This document shows positions 19,860 to 30,066 of a stretch of DNA of 64,000 bases, one piece after another. The notes under the pieces were generated by a model, which made no database searches, was not told where the DNA came from, and worked only from the letters and a program-made list of their open reading frames with translations. Both the position numbers and the translations under genes were made by a program. Numbering within the stretch: position 1 is the stretch's first letter; each line of letters opens with the position of its first letter. The stretch spans positions 9,522 through 73,521 of the forward strand of contig CAMYOD010000037.1 of the NCBI GenBank assembly GCA_947259975.1. The letters are read 5' to 3'. This DNA is from an uncultured Gammaproteobacteria bacterium (lineage in GTDB: Bacteria > Pseudomonadota > Gammaproteobacteria > HyVt-429).

Positions 19860-21215
19860 TCAAAGCACAATTGAGCATCGCATCTTATCGTTACTGGGCG
19901 TCTCTATACACGCGAACGATAGCGTGTGGGCTTTGGGATCCCAACTCAGGGCGGCGTTGGTGTAGGGATCTTTGATGGATGAAGTAGCTAGAAAGCCGGC
20001 GACTTCTCCGTCGCTAAGGTTCATTTTACGGATCGTGTATTTCGCCGCCAGCAGGCGGATGTAACCGTCCAGATTGTGGGCCCGGACGAAATAATCTGCC
20101 AATGCCGGCTGCGCGATACTCAGCAATATTTTCCCCGTGGGATTGTAGGCGTAGCGCCAGTACAGGAAACCCGGTTCCACGACACTCGTCCAACGCTGCT
20201 TGAACGCCGGTAGCGCTTGTTTAAGCTGGATAGCAGGCAGCGCGGCAAGTTTTTCGAGATCGCTATAAAACGCATAAGTCAGGTTGGCGGTGGCATTGAC
20301 CTTGAAGGTAAGAAGTTGTCCCCACATATCCAGCCTATTCCACCAACCTTCAGGCAGCGAGGCATCGGGAATGGCGGAATAATAGTTGTACAAAAACTCA
20401 AATTCATAACGCATCGCCCTGGATAGGTCGGTGTGTTCCCGGTCTAAAGGCTGTAGCAGTTTCAATGCGCGGTTGTAGAGCGTCTGGTCGAGTTTCGGTG
20501 TATTTAGAAGTTCGGCCAATAGATTCACATCGTGACTGATATATGCGGTGGCCACCATGCGTGCAATGAGGCTGCGCGACTGCGCCAGCACCATGCGCCA
20601 GAACTTCAGATCTTCGCCCAGGGTATCCAGGGCCTGGCTGTATTCCATATCCAGCGTGTTGAGCACGATACCGTGCAAGACCATATATCGGGCCTCGCTC
20701 GTGTTGCCAATCCAAATGGGCGTGTTGATTGCAGCGGGGGAGGTTTCGACGAAATGTGGGTAGCGAAGGAGATCGTGATAGCGTGATGTCATGGCACGAT
20801 TCCGGTCAATATAATCCCGCCATTGTTGTTCTTGTAACCTAGCCCGCGAAAAGCATTCCTGTTTTGCGTCAAACGCACAGGTTTCCGGTCTATCGCCCTG
20901 CGCCGCGAGCGGATCGGGGCCGATGATGCCGGATTCGTCGAAGACCCCGTCCTGACCCCAGGGGTCTGTTTGCAGTGACGCTCGGTGGGCCTGTTCGATC
21001 CGCAGGCCAATGTCATGGGGCGAGGCGTGTTGATTGGCATCGAAACCGAGGAATGCGAAGTAGGCATTGGTCTCCGGTGTCGGCGCCGCGAAGACCAGAA
21101 AGTCCGCGATCTCCGGGTTTAATGGCTCGTCCTTGAGGTTGATTAAGACCAGTGCGGCAAGCAGGACTAGAGCGATTCCGCCCAATCCGGCGATCATCTT
21201 AATAACCGTGCGCAT
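19860..21215 (-). CDS. hypothetical membrane-anchored protein (one N-terminal TM helix, large extracytoplasmic domain, no recognised family)
   Basis: Start taken at the internal Met MRTVIKMIAGLGGIALVLLAALVLINL (TM anchor); the ~430 aa domain has no motif I recognise. The ORF visibly has lower GC than its neighbours. Upstream in-frame translation of the heptamer array (EGRGTRD...) was judged non-coding. Confidence 0.5.
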   Translation of the reverse strand: MRTVIKMIAGLGGIALVLLAALVLINLKDEPLNPEIADFLVFAAPTPETNAYFAFLGFDANQHASPHDIGLRIEQAHRASLQTDPWGQDGVFDESGIIGPDPLAAQGDRPETCAFDAKQECFSRARLQEQQWRDYIDRNRAMTSRYHDLLRYPHFVETSPAAINTPIWIGNTSEARYMVLHGIVLNTLDMEYSQALDTLGEDLKFWRMVLAQSRSLIARMVATAYISHDVNLLAELLNTPKLDQTLYNRALKLLQPLDREHTDLSRAMRYEFEFLYNYYSAIPDASLPEGWWNRLDMWGQLLTFKVNATANLTYAFYSDLEKLAALPAIQLKQALPAFKQRWTSVVEPGFLYWRYAYNPTGKILLSIAQPALADYFVRAHNLDGYIRLLAAKYTIRKMNLSDGEVAGFLATSSIKDPYTNAALSWDPKAHTLSFACIETPSNDKMRCSIVL

Positions 21216-21305
21216 CCCATTAACCTCCCTTTCGTTGATGCTACATTCTATCGGGGACATTGACGTGGTAAATGTCGACTCGCGGGCAGAGGCCGCGCCT
21301 ACAAT

Positions 21306-21361
21306 CCCTCGTCCCTCGTCCCTCGTCCCTCGTCCCTCGTCCCTCGTCCCTCGTCCCTCGT
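21306..21361 (+). repeat. perfect heptanucleotide tandem repeat (CCCTCGT)x8
   Basis: Read directly: eight uninterrupted copies between the metG stop (21371) and the presumed start (21215) of the hypothetical gene. Inverted degenerate copies (GCGAGGA, GACGAGGG, TCGAGGA) occur on the other side of that gene. Confidence 0.9.
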
Positions 21362-21370
21362 AACTGATTC

Positions 21371-23449
21371 CTATTTGACGCGCATCCCCGGTTGCGCGCC
21401 GTCGTCCGGGTTGAGGATCCATAAATCTTCGCCACCCGGGCCGGCGGCGAGCACCATGCCTTCGGAAACGCCGAAGCGCATCTTGCGCGGCGCCAGGTTG
21501 GCGACCATTACGGTGAGGCGGCCCGGCAGGTCCTCCGGCGCGTAGGCCTGCTTGATACCGGCAAACACGGTACGTGGTTCGCCGTCCCCGATATCCAGTT
21601 CCAGGCGCAGCAGTTTGTCCGCACCCTCGACGGATTCGGCCTTTAGGATGCGGGCGATGCGCAGATCTACTTTGGCGAATTCTTCGATGCCAATGGTGTC
21701 GGCGATGGGTGCGACCGTGTGCTGTTGCGCTTCGCCGTGGCGCGCAGGAGAGGTCGCGGCGGCCTGTTCTTGTTCGCTGAGATTGTCGTCTACCATTTTT
21801 TCCACCTGCTTGAGGTCGATGCGTTTCGCCAGATGTTCATATTTTCCGATTGTGTGGTCGCCGAGTAAGACCTTGGCGTCCGTCCAGGTCAGCGGTGCGA
21901 TGTCGAGGAAGGTCTCCACCTTTTGCGCCAGTGCCGGCAGGATCGGCTTCAGATACACCGTAAGAATTCGGAACAGTTCGATGCTGGTGCTGCAGACCTG
22001 CTGCACGCGCTCGTTCTGATCCGGATCCTTGGCCAGTTCCCAGGGCTTGTATTCGTTGATGTATTCGTTGGCCCGGTCCGCGAGCGCCATGATCAGGCGC
22101 ACCGCCTCGCTGTATTGCCGCTGTTCGAAGTGTTCGGCGATGGTCTCCGACGCGTCCTGCAGGGCCGCGATGACCTCGCGATCGATGTCGCTCAGGCCGC
22201 GGCACAGGTGACCCGCGAAGCGCTTGCTCAAGAAGCCGGCGGCGCGGCTGGCGATGTTCACGTATTTGCCGACCAGGTTGCTGTTCACCCGCGCGACGAA
22301 GTCTTCCAGATTGAGATCGATGTCTTCCATGCTGCCGTTGAGCTTGGCGGCGTAGTAATAGCGCAGATACTCCGCGTCGAGATACCTGGCGAAGTGGGCG
22401 GCGGCGATGAATGTGCCCCGGGACTTGGACATCTTTTGGCCGTTCACCGTGAGAAAACCGTGCACGCAGAGCCGATCCGGGGTGCGATAGCCGGCGGCAT
22501 GCAGCGTCGCGGGCCAGAACAAGGCATGGAAGTAGAGGATGTCCTTGCCGATGAAGTGGTACAGCTCCGCGTCGGAATCCGTGTTCCAGTACGCATCAAA
22601 GTCCCGGCCGCTGGCATCGCAATAATGCTTGCAGCTAGCCATGTAACCCACCGGTGCGTCCAGCCAGACATAGAGATACTTGCCGGGCGCGTCGGGGATC
22701 TCGAAACCGAAGTAAGGCGCGTCGCGGGAAATATCCCAATCCCTTAAGCCCGCGGCAAACCACTCCTCGAGCTTGTTGGCCGCTTCCGCCTGTAACGGCG
22801 CGCCTTGTTCCGCGGTGTTATGTTTTCCGGTCAACCAGTCGCGCAGGAAGGCCTCGCAGCCACTCAGTTTGAAAAAGTGGTGTTCGGATTCCTTTTTTAC
22901 CGGCGTGGTGCCGGAGATGATGGACACCGGGTCGATAAGGTCCGTGGGCGAGTAGGTGGCGCCGCAGTTCTCACAGGAGTCGCCGTATTGATCCTGGGTA
23001 TGACAGCGGGGGCATTCACCCTTTATATACCGGTCCGGCAGGAACATCTCCTTGGCCGGGTCGTAGAACTGTTCGATAACGCGCTTGTCGATGAGTCCGG
23101 CGGCGTCCAGGCGCCGGTACATGTCCTGGCTGAGGACGCGGTTCTCCTCGGAGTTGGTCGAGTAGTAATTCTCGAAGGCGACGTGGAAGGCGTTGAAATC
23201 CGCCAGGTGTTCCGCGTGCATGCGTTCGATCAAGGCCTCGGGCGTGATGCCCTCCTGCTCGGCGCGCAGCATGACCGGTGTGCCGTGGGTGTCGTCGGCG
23301 CAGACATAGACGCAGTCATGCCCGCGCATCTTCTGAAAGCGCACCCAGATATCGGTCTGTATGTACTCCACCAGGTGGCCGATATGGATCGGGCCGTTGG
23401 CATAGGGCAGGGCGCTGGTAACCAGGACTTTTCGTTGTTGTGCGGTCAT
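21371..23449 (-). CDS. metG: methionine--tRNA ligase
   Basis: From the internal Met [26 protein letters not shown] (HIGH motif); KMSKS as KMSKSRG; a zinc knuckle CPRCH...CENCG; and a C-terminal EMAP/tRNA-binding domain. Confidence 0.9.
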   Translation of the reverse strand: MTAQQRKVLVTSALPYANGPIHIGHLVEYIQTDIWVRFQKMRGHDCVYVCADDTHGTPVMLRAEQEGITPEALIERMHAEHLADFNAFHVAFENYYSTNSEENRVLSQDMYRRLDAAGLIDKRVIEQFYDPAKEMFLPDRYIKGECPRCHTQDQYGDSCENCGATYSPTDLIDPVSIISGTTPVKKESEHHFFKLSGCEAFLRDWLTGKHNTAEQGAPLQAEAANKLEEWFAAGLRDWDISRDAPYFGFEIPDAPGKYLYVWLDAPVGYMASCKHYCDASGRDFDAYWNTDSDAELYHFIGKDILYFHALFWPATLHAAGYRTPDRLCVHGFLTVNGQKMSKSRGTFIAAAHFARYLDAEYLRYYYAAKLNGSMEDIDLNLEDFVARVNSNLVGKYVNIASRAAGFLSKRFAGHLCRGLSDIDREVIAALQDASETIAEHFEQRQYSEAVRLIMALADRANEYINEYKPWELAKDPDQNERVQQVCSTSIELFRILTVYLKPILPALAQKVETFLDIAPLTWTDAKVLLGDHTIGKYEHLAKRIDLKQVEKMVDDNLSEQEQAAATSPARHGEAQQHTVAPIADTIGIEEFAKVDLRIARILKAESVEGADKLLRLELDIGDGEPRTVFAGIKQAYAPEDLPGRLTVMVANLAPRKMRFGVSEGMVLAAGPGGEDLWILNPDDGAQPGMRVK

Positions 23450-23696
23450 GCCTCTGGGGTTCTCAACGAAAAAGCGGCCGTGCCTGTGCCGGCGCGACCG
23501 CACCCTCGCGGGGCGCTAACCCTACCAGTTTTACCGGTTTCCGGCCAGCCGTGGTACGGGCTTGAAAAGCGCAGCGGGGGCACTCATATAGGGAGTGATC
23601 CAAATCCGACTTTTTTTGTCAACCTTCATGACATTTGGCCGGTGAGCGTGTAGCATTGCGCACCCTCAGCGAGGCCCGCGACGGAGAATTTTTGTA

Positions 23697-24788
23697 ATGT
23701 CTGGTGTTTCTGAAGCCCAAGTAGAAGCCGCACTGAAGGAGGTCATCGACCCCCATCTCGAGCAAGATCCGGTTTCGAGCAAGTGCGTGAAGAAGATCGA
23801 CGTGACCGACGGTAAGATCACGGTGGACGTAGCGCTCGGCTATCCCGCCGAGGGTTGGGTCGAAACCTTTGCCGCTCTACTCAAGGATAAGATTACCGCG
23901 CTCGACGGTGTGGCCGACGCGACCGTAAACGTCACCTGGAGTGTGTCGTCACATAGCGTGCAGAAAGGTGTACAGCCGATTGCCGGGGTCAAGAACATGA
24001 TCGCGGTGGCGTCCGGCAAGGGCGGTGTCGGCAAGTCCACGACCGCGGTCAATCTGGCGCTGGCCTTGTCCGCCGAAGGCGCCAGCGTCGGCATCCTCGA
24101 TGCCGACATCTATGGCCCCAGTCAACCGCGCATGCTCGGCATCAACACCAAGCCTGAATCGAAAGACGGCCGCACCATGGAGCCGGTGGTGAGTTATGAC
24201 CTGCAGTCCATGTCCATAGGTTATCTGGTGGACGAAGAGACGCCCATGATCTGGCGCGGCCCCATGGTGACCCAGGCGCTGGAGCAGTTGCTCAAGGACA
24301 CCAACTGGAACGATCTGGATTACTTGATTATCGATCTGCCGCCCGGTACCGGCGACACTCAGTTGACGTTGGCGCAGAAGGTGCCCGTGTCCGGCGCCGT
24401 CATCGTTACCACGCCGCAGGACATCGCCCTGCTGGATGCCCGCAAGGCTTACAAGATGTTCGAGAAGGTCGAAGTGCCGGTGCTCGGTGTCATCGAAAAC
24501 ATGAGTATTCATATTTGCAGCAAGTGCGGCAATGAGGAACACATCTTCGGCGAAGGCGGTGGAATGCGCATGGCGGAGCAGTACGACGTCAACTATCTGG
24601 GTGCGCTGCCGCTGGATATTCATATCCGCGAAGACACAGACGGTGGTAAGCCGACGGTGGTGGCGGACCCGGACGGCCGTGTTGCACAGATCTATCGGGA
24701 GATTGCGCGTCGTACCGCGGCCAAGCTGTCGCTGGAAGGCAGGGACTATTCGGCCAAGTTTCCGTCCATCGTCATCGAGAGCAATTGA
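23697..24788 (+). CDS. apbC: iron-sulfur cluster carrier protein ApbC/Mrp
   Basis: A P-loop (SGKGGVGKST), a CxxC motif (CSKCG) and an N-terminal DUF59-like domain. It is divergent from metG, as mrp-metG is in E. coli. Confidence 0.85.
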   Translation: MSGVSEAQVEAALKEVIDPHLEQDPVSSKCVKKIDVTDGKITVDVALGYPAEGWVETFAALLKDKITALDGVADATVNVTWSVSSHSVQKGVQPIAGVKNMIAVASGKGGVGKSTTAVNLALALSAEGASVGILDADIYGPSQPRMLGINTKPESKDGRTMEPVVSYDLQSMSIGYLVDEETPMIWRGPMVTQALEQLLKDTNWNDLDYLIIDLPPGTGDTQLTLAQKVPVSGAVIVTTPQDIALLDARKAYKMFEKVEVPVLGVIENMSIHICSKCGNEEHIFGEGGGMRMAEQYDVNYLGALPLDIHIREDTDGGKPTVVADPDGRVAQIYREIARRTAAKLSLEGRDYSAKFPSIVIESN

Positions 24789-24854
24789 TCTGAGTAAAAC
24801 TTCGTTGCCCGGCACAGCGACCGCTGCGCCGGGCCGACCAAGACCAACCGATCT

Positions 24855-25421
24855 ATGACCATCAAGTCCGACAAATGGATTCGCGAGATGGCGCTCAAGC
24901 ACGGCATGATCGAGCCGTTCGAGCCCAATCAGATCAAACAAAACGATAGTGGGCGCGTCGTTTCCTACGGCACCTCCAGCTACGGTTACGATATTCGTTG
25001 CTCTGAAGAGTTCAAGATATTCACGAATATCAACTCCGCGGTTGTGGACCCGAAGAACTTCGATGCCGACAGCTTCGTGGATTTCCACGGCAAGGTCTGC
25101 ATCATCCCGCCCAACTCTTTCGCCCTGGCGCGCACAGTCGAGTACTTTCGTATCCCGCGTAACGTACTGACCATATGTCTCGGTAAGTCCACGTATGCAC
25201 GCTGCGGTATCATCGTCAATGTCACCCCCTTCGAACCGGAATGGGAGGGCTACGTCACCCTTGAGTTTTCGAATACGACTCCCTTGCCGGCGAAAATCTA
25301 CGCCAATGAGGGCGTCGCGCAGGTCATCTTCTTCGAAGCCGATGAAGAATGTGAGGTGTCTTATCGGGATCGGGGCGGCAAATACCAGGGTCAAAGCGGC
25401 GTCACCCTCCCCAAGACCTAG
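24855..25421 (+). CDS. dcd: dCTP deaminase
   Basis: 188 aa. [12 protein letters not shown]... near-identical in pattern to E. coli Dcd, including the active-site region ...[12 protein letters not shown].... Confidence 0.9.
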   Translation: MTIKSDKWIREMALKHGMIEPFEPNQIKQNDSGRVVSYGTSSYGYDIRCSEEFKIFTNINSAVVDPKNFDADSFVDFHGKVCIIPPNSFALARTVEYFRIPRNVLTICLGKSTYARCGIIVNVTPFEPEWEGYVTLEFSNTTPLPAKIYANEGVAQVIFFEADEECEVSYRDRGGKYQGQSGVTLPKT

Positions 25422-25426
25422 CGGTC

Positions 25427-25735
25427 ATGCCCGATCCGCACACGACCCGCGAGTTTCTCGAGTGCATTGATCAGGTGTTGTTCGAGCTCGACGCGTTGCT
25501 CGAAAGCATCGGCTACGATGAAAAAGACGATTTCGAGCCGTTCACGCCAGTCTATGAGCGTCTAAAGAAAGAACTATTGCAGTTGCGCGAGGCCGTCGCG
25601 GCCGGTCGTCACGAGTTTGCAACCGGGAGAGACTTGCCGTTCATGCGCATCGTGCAGCGCTACGGTGATGTTATTCCGTTTCATCGCGCACTGCATAGCG
25701 TCAATGATGCACACTTGAGTGGGCTCATCGGTTGA
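25427..25735 (+). CDS. hypothetical small acidic protein
   Basis: 102 aa ORF 5 bp downstream of dcd, with codon usage typical of the region; no family recognised. Confidence 0.4.
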   Translation: MPDPHTTREFLECIDQVLFELDALLESIGYDEKDDFEPFTPVYERLKKELLQLREAVAAGRHEFATGRDLPFMRIVQRYGDVIPFHRALHSVNDAHLSGLIG

Positions 25736-25810
25736 TCTGTCGCACGAAGTAGCGCACCGCAATCTGCGGCGGAGTTTGTCGAACCTCTCTTTAGCCGGTA
25801 CCATCGACCT

Positions 25811-26920
25811 ATGTCCGGCAATACCATCGGTAGGCTTTTCACGGTCACGTCTTTCGGCGAGAGTCATGGCGCGGCGCTCGGATGCGTGGTGGACGGCTGC
25901 CCGCCCGGGATGGCCTTGAGCGAAGACGATATTCAGCCGGATCTCGATCGGCGCAAGCCGGGCCAGTCGCGACATACCACCCAGCGTCGTGAAAGTGATC
26001 GTATTCAGATCCTGTCTGGCGTCTTCGAGGGTCGCACCACGGGCACGCCTATCGGCTTGCTGATTCAGAACGAGGATCAGCGTTCCCGCGACTACGGCAA
26101 GATTATGGACAAGTTCCGTCCGGGGCACGCCGACTATACCTACAGGCAAAAATACGGCATACGCGATTACCGCGGTGGCGGGCGTTCCTCCGCGCGGGAG
26201 ACGGCGCTGCGTGTTGCCGCCGGTGCCATTGCGAAGAAATACCTGCACGAGCGCTACGGCACGGTCGTGCGCGGCTACCTGAGTCAGCTCGGCCCGATTC
26301 ACGTCGAACAGTTCGATTGGAATGAAGTGGAGAGAAATCCATTTTTCTGTCCCGATGCCGCAAAGGTAGCCGAAATGGAGGCGTACATGGACGCCCTGCG
26401 CAAGGAGGGTGATTCCATTGGTGCGTGTATCGAAGTCGTAGCCGAAAATGTCCCGGTCGGCCTCGGTGAGCCGATTTTCGACCGCCTCGACGCGGCGATC
26501 GCCGGCGCTATGATGAGCATCAACGCCGTCAAGGGCGTGGAAATCGGCGCCGGTTTCGCCAGCGTTATGCAAAAGGGCACCGAGCACCGCGACGAGATCA
26601 CGCCCACTGGCTTTTTGAGCAACAATGCCGGCGGCATACTGGGGGGAATTTCCACCGGTCAGGACGTTCTCGTCAGCATCGCCCTGAAGCCCACCTCGAG
26701 TATTCGGCTACCCGGCAAGACAGTAGACGTGACGGGCCAGGCAACGGAGATCGAGACCACCGGTCGCCACGATCCCTGCGTCGGCATCCGTGCCACGCCA
26801 ATCGCCGAGGCCATGCTTGCCATCGTGCTGATGGATCATGCGCTGCGCCACCGGGGCCAGAATATGGGTGTGGAGTCGGGCACGCCTGTCGTGCCTGGTA
26901 GTGTAAGGGATACAGAGTGA
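25811..26920 (+). CDS. aroC: chorismate synthase
   Basis: [33 protein letters not shown] and [11 protein letters not shown]...[10 protein letters not shown] are canonical AroC motifs. Confidence 0.9.
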   Translation: MSGNTIGRLFTVTSFGESHGAALGCVVDGCPPGMALSEDDIQPDLDRRKPGQSRHTTQRRESDRIQILSGVFEGRTTGTPIGLLIQNEDQRSRDYGKIMDKFRPGHADYTYRQKYGIRDYRGGGRSSARETALRVAAGAIAKKYLHERYGTVVRGYLSQLGPIHVEQFDWNEVERNPFFCPDAAKVAEMEAYMDALRKEGDSIGACIEVVAENVPVGLGEPIFDRLDAAIAGAMMSINAVKGVEIGAGFASVMQKGTEHRDEITPTGFLSNNAGGILGGISTGQDVLVSIALKPTSSIRLPGKTVDVTGQATEIETTGRHDPCVGIRATPIAEAMLAIVLMDHALRHRGQNMGVESGTPVVPGSVRDTE

Positions 26921-27051
26921 TTCGGGCCTATGCCCGAGCGAGAAGGTCCAAGTTGCAAGTTGCAAGATACAAGTAAAGGCCCACTTGCGTAAAACAGGGA
27001 TGCCCGTTCGGCGCTCTTGCATCTTGTATCTTGAAACTTGTGCCTGATTCG

Positions 27052-28209
27052 ATGCCTTATTGGCGCCTCTCCAGCTTTTATTTCTTTTACTTCGCAACCC
27101 TGGGCGCGCTCATTCCCTATTGGGGGCCTTACCTCCGGTCCATTGGCTTTTCGCCGGCGGAAATCGGCAATCTGATAGCGATCATTCTCGGCACCAAGAT
27201 CGTGGCGCCGAATGTGTGGGGTTGGATTGCTGATCACAGTGGGCGCTGTATGGGTGTGGTACGGCTGGCCGCGCTTTTGACCGTCGTGACCTACAGCGGG
27301 GTATTTTTCGGCACATCATTCTGGTGGTTGGCCCTGGTAATGACGCTGTTCAGTTTTTTCTGGAACGCATCCTTACCGCAGCTGGAGGCGACCACCATGA
27401 ATTTCCTCGGCGATGAGACGCCGCGCTATGGTCGCGTCCGGCTGTGGGGTTCAATCGGGTTCATCGTCGTGGTCTGGTCGCTCGGCCCACTGCTGGATCG
27501 CCATGGCGAAGCCATGGTGCTGCCGATATTACTCGTGCTCATGGCGGGCATCTGGGTCGCGAGCCTGACGATCCCGGAACGCGCCTGCCGGCTGGGTCAC
27601 GAACAACACGCTTCCATCCTGACGCTGTTTCGCCAGCCCGCGATCCTGGCGTTCCTGCTCAGTTGTCTGCTCATGCAGGCCAGCCACGCGCCGTACTACG
27701 CGTTCTACTCGATCTTTCTCGCCGATCACGGTTACAGCAATACGTTTATCGGATTTCTCTGGGCTGTGGGCGTGATTTGCGAGGTCATCGTTTTCTTGAC
27801 CATGTCGCGCATTTTTTCGCGCCTCTCCCTGCGCACTGTCCTGCTTGGCAGCTTCCTGCTCGCGGCGCTGCGCTGGGTACTGATCGCGTATTTCGTGGAT
27901 TCCGTGCCGATACTCATTTTTGCGCAAGCCATGCACGCGGTCACCTTCGGCGCATATCATGCGACCGCCGTGCATATGGTGCATCGTTTTTTTACCGGGC
28001 GACACCAGCATCGCGGCCAGGCGATCTACAGCAGCATGAGCTTCGGCGTCGGCGGCGCGCTCGGCAGTTTCTATAGCGGCTACAGCTGGATGTGGTTTGG
28101 TGCCACGACGACGTACTTGGTGGCGGCGGTGATGGCGTTGCTGGCGTTCGCTTTGACCTATTCGCTGATCAGGCCGGCCGGGGCTGCCTTTTCCGGATCT
28201 ACCAGATAG
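27052..28209 (+). CDS. MFS transporter (HcaT/YfcJ-like)
   Basis: 12-TM pattern with an MFS signature near the N-terminus (...FFYFATLGALIPYWGPYL...). The start was set at ATG 27052; the ORF track's 27031 start is a TTG within an inverted repeat. Confidence 0.7.
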   Translation: MPYWRLSSFYFFYFATLGALIPYWGPYLRSIGFSPAEIGNLIAIILGTKIVAPNVWGWIADHSGRCMGVVRLAALLTVVTYSGVFFGTSFWWLALVMTLFSFFWNASLPQLEATTMNFLGDETPRYGRVRLWGSIGFIVVVWSLGPLLDRHGEAMVLPILLVLMAGIWVASLTIPERACRLGHEQHASILTLFRQPAILAFLLSCLLMQASHAPYYAFYSIFLADHGYSNTFIGFLWAVGVICEVIVFLTMSRIFSRLSLRTVLLGSFLLAALRWVLIAYFVDSVPILIFAQAMHAVTFGAYHATAVHMVHRFFTGRHQHRGQAIYSSMSFGVGGALGSFYSGYSWMWFGATTTYLVAAVMALLAFALTYSLIRPAGAAFSGSTR

Positions 28210-28616
28210 ATCACCTCGGCACACGCCTTGGGTTTGGGCCCGGTACCCCGGCGCGGCGTCGAACGCTCAGCTGTTGCGCGGGCATTGCGGCTGCTGAAGT
28301 GTAATCGGCTATGCGTGTAGATGGCTTCGATAAGATGATACTCATCGAGATCTGTATGCGGCGAGGCAAGCATTTCTGCGCGGATGCAGGCAAGCGCATC
28401 CAGTGTTGCCCGGGATGTCACTGCGGCGTCCAGGTAGCCGCAGCGGTTGGCCTTATAGATTCGGCGCACGACGTTCTTGATTAACATCGGATGTACGCCG
28501 TCTGCGTCGATGAAATCACGAATCTCATGACAATTATGCCGCATCGGAATTTGGTGGTTGCCGATGCGATCTTCGAGATGCGCAATGAGTTGCCGAAAAG
28601 TCATACCTAAAAGCAA
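28158..28616 (-). CDS. hypothetical protein
   Basis: 152 aa ORF (alternative start at Met5, position 28604). Its 3' end overlaps the convergent MFS gene by about 50 bp. No family recognised. Confidence 0.35.
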   Translation of the reverse strand: MLLGMTFRQLIAHLEDRIGNHQIPMRHNCHEIRDFIDADGVHPMLIKNVVRRIYKANRCGYLDAAVTSRATLDALACIRAEMLASPHTDLDEYHLIEAIYTHSRLHFSSRNARATAERSTPRRGTGPKPKACAEVIYLVDPEKAAPAGLISE

Positions 28617-28965
28617 AACCTGGACGTCGAACTAATGATAGCATACCGGCCATCGGCACCTGCGTATGTTGAGCGGGAACGAATTTTTCGCGGCTAAACT
28701 TGGCAAAAGATGCAAATCAGTCGATAACGGAGCCGGGCCACGGCGGGCAAGCCGGGGGCGAAAAGATGTCGGCGACACTGACCGGCGACACCCCGGGGCT
28801 GCTTAGACAGTTCTTCCAGATTATTCTGTAAGCAGAGGACTTTATTGGATTTTTTCAATTTCGCCCACAACGCACGCTGACGGCGGCGGCGAATAAAATG
28901 TGATTTCCGTCACTGAATTAGCGGATCGAGGCTGGTGTACTACAATTTAAGGTTCCACCGCTCAG

Positions 28966-30063
28966 GTGGGCTCATCTCCGGGGGGATTTGCCAGCGTGCC
29001 AAAAATCGTCATCGTTGACGATCAGGGAACTGGTCGCAAAATTCTCGAGAAACTCGCTACGAGTATCGAGCGCAACGTCTCTGTGCATTCGTTTGCGAGT
29101 CCCGTCGACGCGTTGACTTGGGCGTCCAGCCACGAGCCCGATCTCATTTACACCGATTATAAGATGCCGGGCATGACCGGCGTGGAATTCACCCGCGCCC
29201 TGCGCCGGCTTCCCACCTGTGTCGATGTGCCCATCGTGGTCGTCACCTCGTTCAATGACAAGGATGTGCGCTATGGGGCCCTCGAGGCCGGGGCGACGGA
29301 CTTCTTGACCAAGCCCGTCGATCATGTCGAATTTCGCGCTCGCTCGAAGAATCTTCTCAAATTGCGGCGGCAGCAACACATTATTAAGGATCGGGCAGCA
29401 TGGCTTGAAAAGAAGGTGACCGAAGCAACCCGCGAGATCCATACCCGGGAGAAGGAAACCCTGCTGCGACTCGCCAAGGCCGGGGAATACCGTGATGAGG
29501 AGACCGGTAATCACGTATTGCGCATGGCCAAGTATTCGCGCTTAATCGCTGAGCAATTAAGCTTGCCGGAGCACGAATGTGAGCTCATCGACGTCGCGGC
29601 GCCCATGCATGATATTGGCAAGATCGGCGTCTCCGACACGATACTGCTGAAACCCGGCAAGCTTTCCGCCGACGAATTCGATTCGATGAAGGACCATGCC
29701 ACGATCGGCTATGAAATTCTCAAGGACAGTCCATCGAAGTACCTGCAGAAGGGTGCCGAAATCGCGTACGGACATCATGAGAAATTCGACGGCAGCGGTT
29801 ATCCACAACGCCTGGCCGGTGAGCTGATCCCACTTTCGGCGCGCATCGTTGCCGTCGCCGATGTTTTCGACGCGCTGACGTCGGAACGGCCTTACAAAAA
29901 GGCGTGGCCGATCCAGGATGCGCTTGAGTATCTGAAACGGGAACAGGGGGCGCACTTCGATCCCAGGCTCGTGGCAGCATTTTCTTCGAAGATTAGTGAT
30001 GTGCTTGAGATCTGCCAGAAATTCAGCGACGACGATCAGCGAGTCCATCTCGCAACGGTATAG
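28966..30063 (+). CDS. rpfG: two-component response regulator with HD-GYP domain (RpfG-like cyclic-di-GMP phosphodiesterase)
   Basis: REC domain (IVIVDDQ..., DLIYTDYKMPGMTG, TKP), then HD-GYP (MHDIGKIGV ... HHEKFDGSGYP). The gene symbol is by analogy only. Confidence 0.75.
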   Translation: MGSSPGGFASVPKIVIVDDQGTGRKILEKLATSIERNVSVHSFASPVDALTWASSHEPDLIYTDYKMPGMTGVEFTRALRRLPTCVDVPIVVVTSFNDKDVRYGALEAGATDFLTKPVDHVEFRARSKNLLKLRRQQHIIKDRAAWLEKKVTEATREIHTREKETLLRLAKAGEYRDEETGNHVLRMAKYSRLIAEQLSLPEHECELIDVAAPMHDIGKIGVSDTILLKPGKLSADEFDSMKDHATIGYEILKDSPSKYLQKGAEIAYGHHEKFDGSGYPQRLAGELIPLSARIVAVADVFDALTSERPYKKAWPIQDALEYLKREQGAHFDPRLVAAFSSKISDVLEICQKFSDDDQRVHLATV

Positions 30064-30066
30064 CGA

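Noticed and set aside
21241-21435. Heptamer array read as coding (RGTRDEGRGTRDEGRG in two frames)
   Set aside because: The periodic peptide is a direct consequence of translating (CCCTCGT)n. The hypothetical gene has a convincing signal-anchor start further downstream at 21215, and the repeat lies after the metG stop.
21923-22747. 274-aa plus-strand ORF inside metG
   Set aside because: It is antisense to the conserved metG coding region.
23949-25394. 481-aa ORF antisense to apbC/dcd
   Set aside because: Same reasoning: it overlaps two well-supported genes on the other strand and has no recognisable domain.
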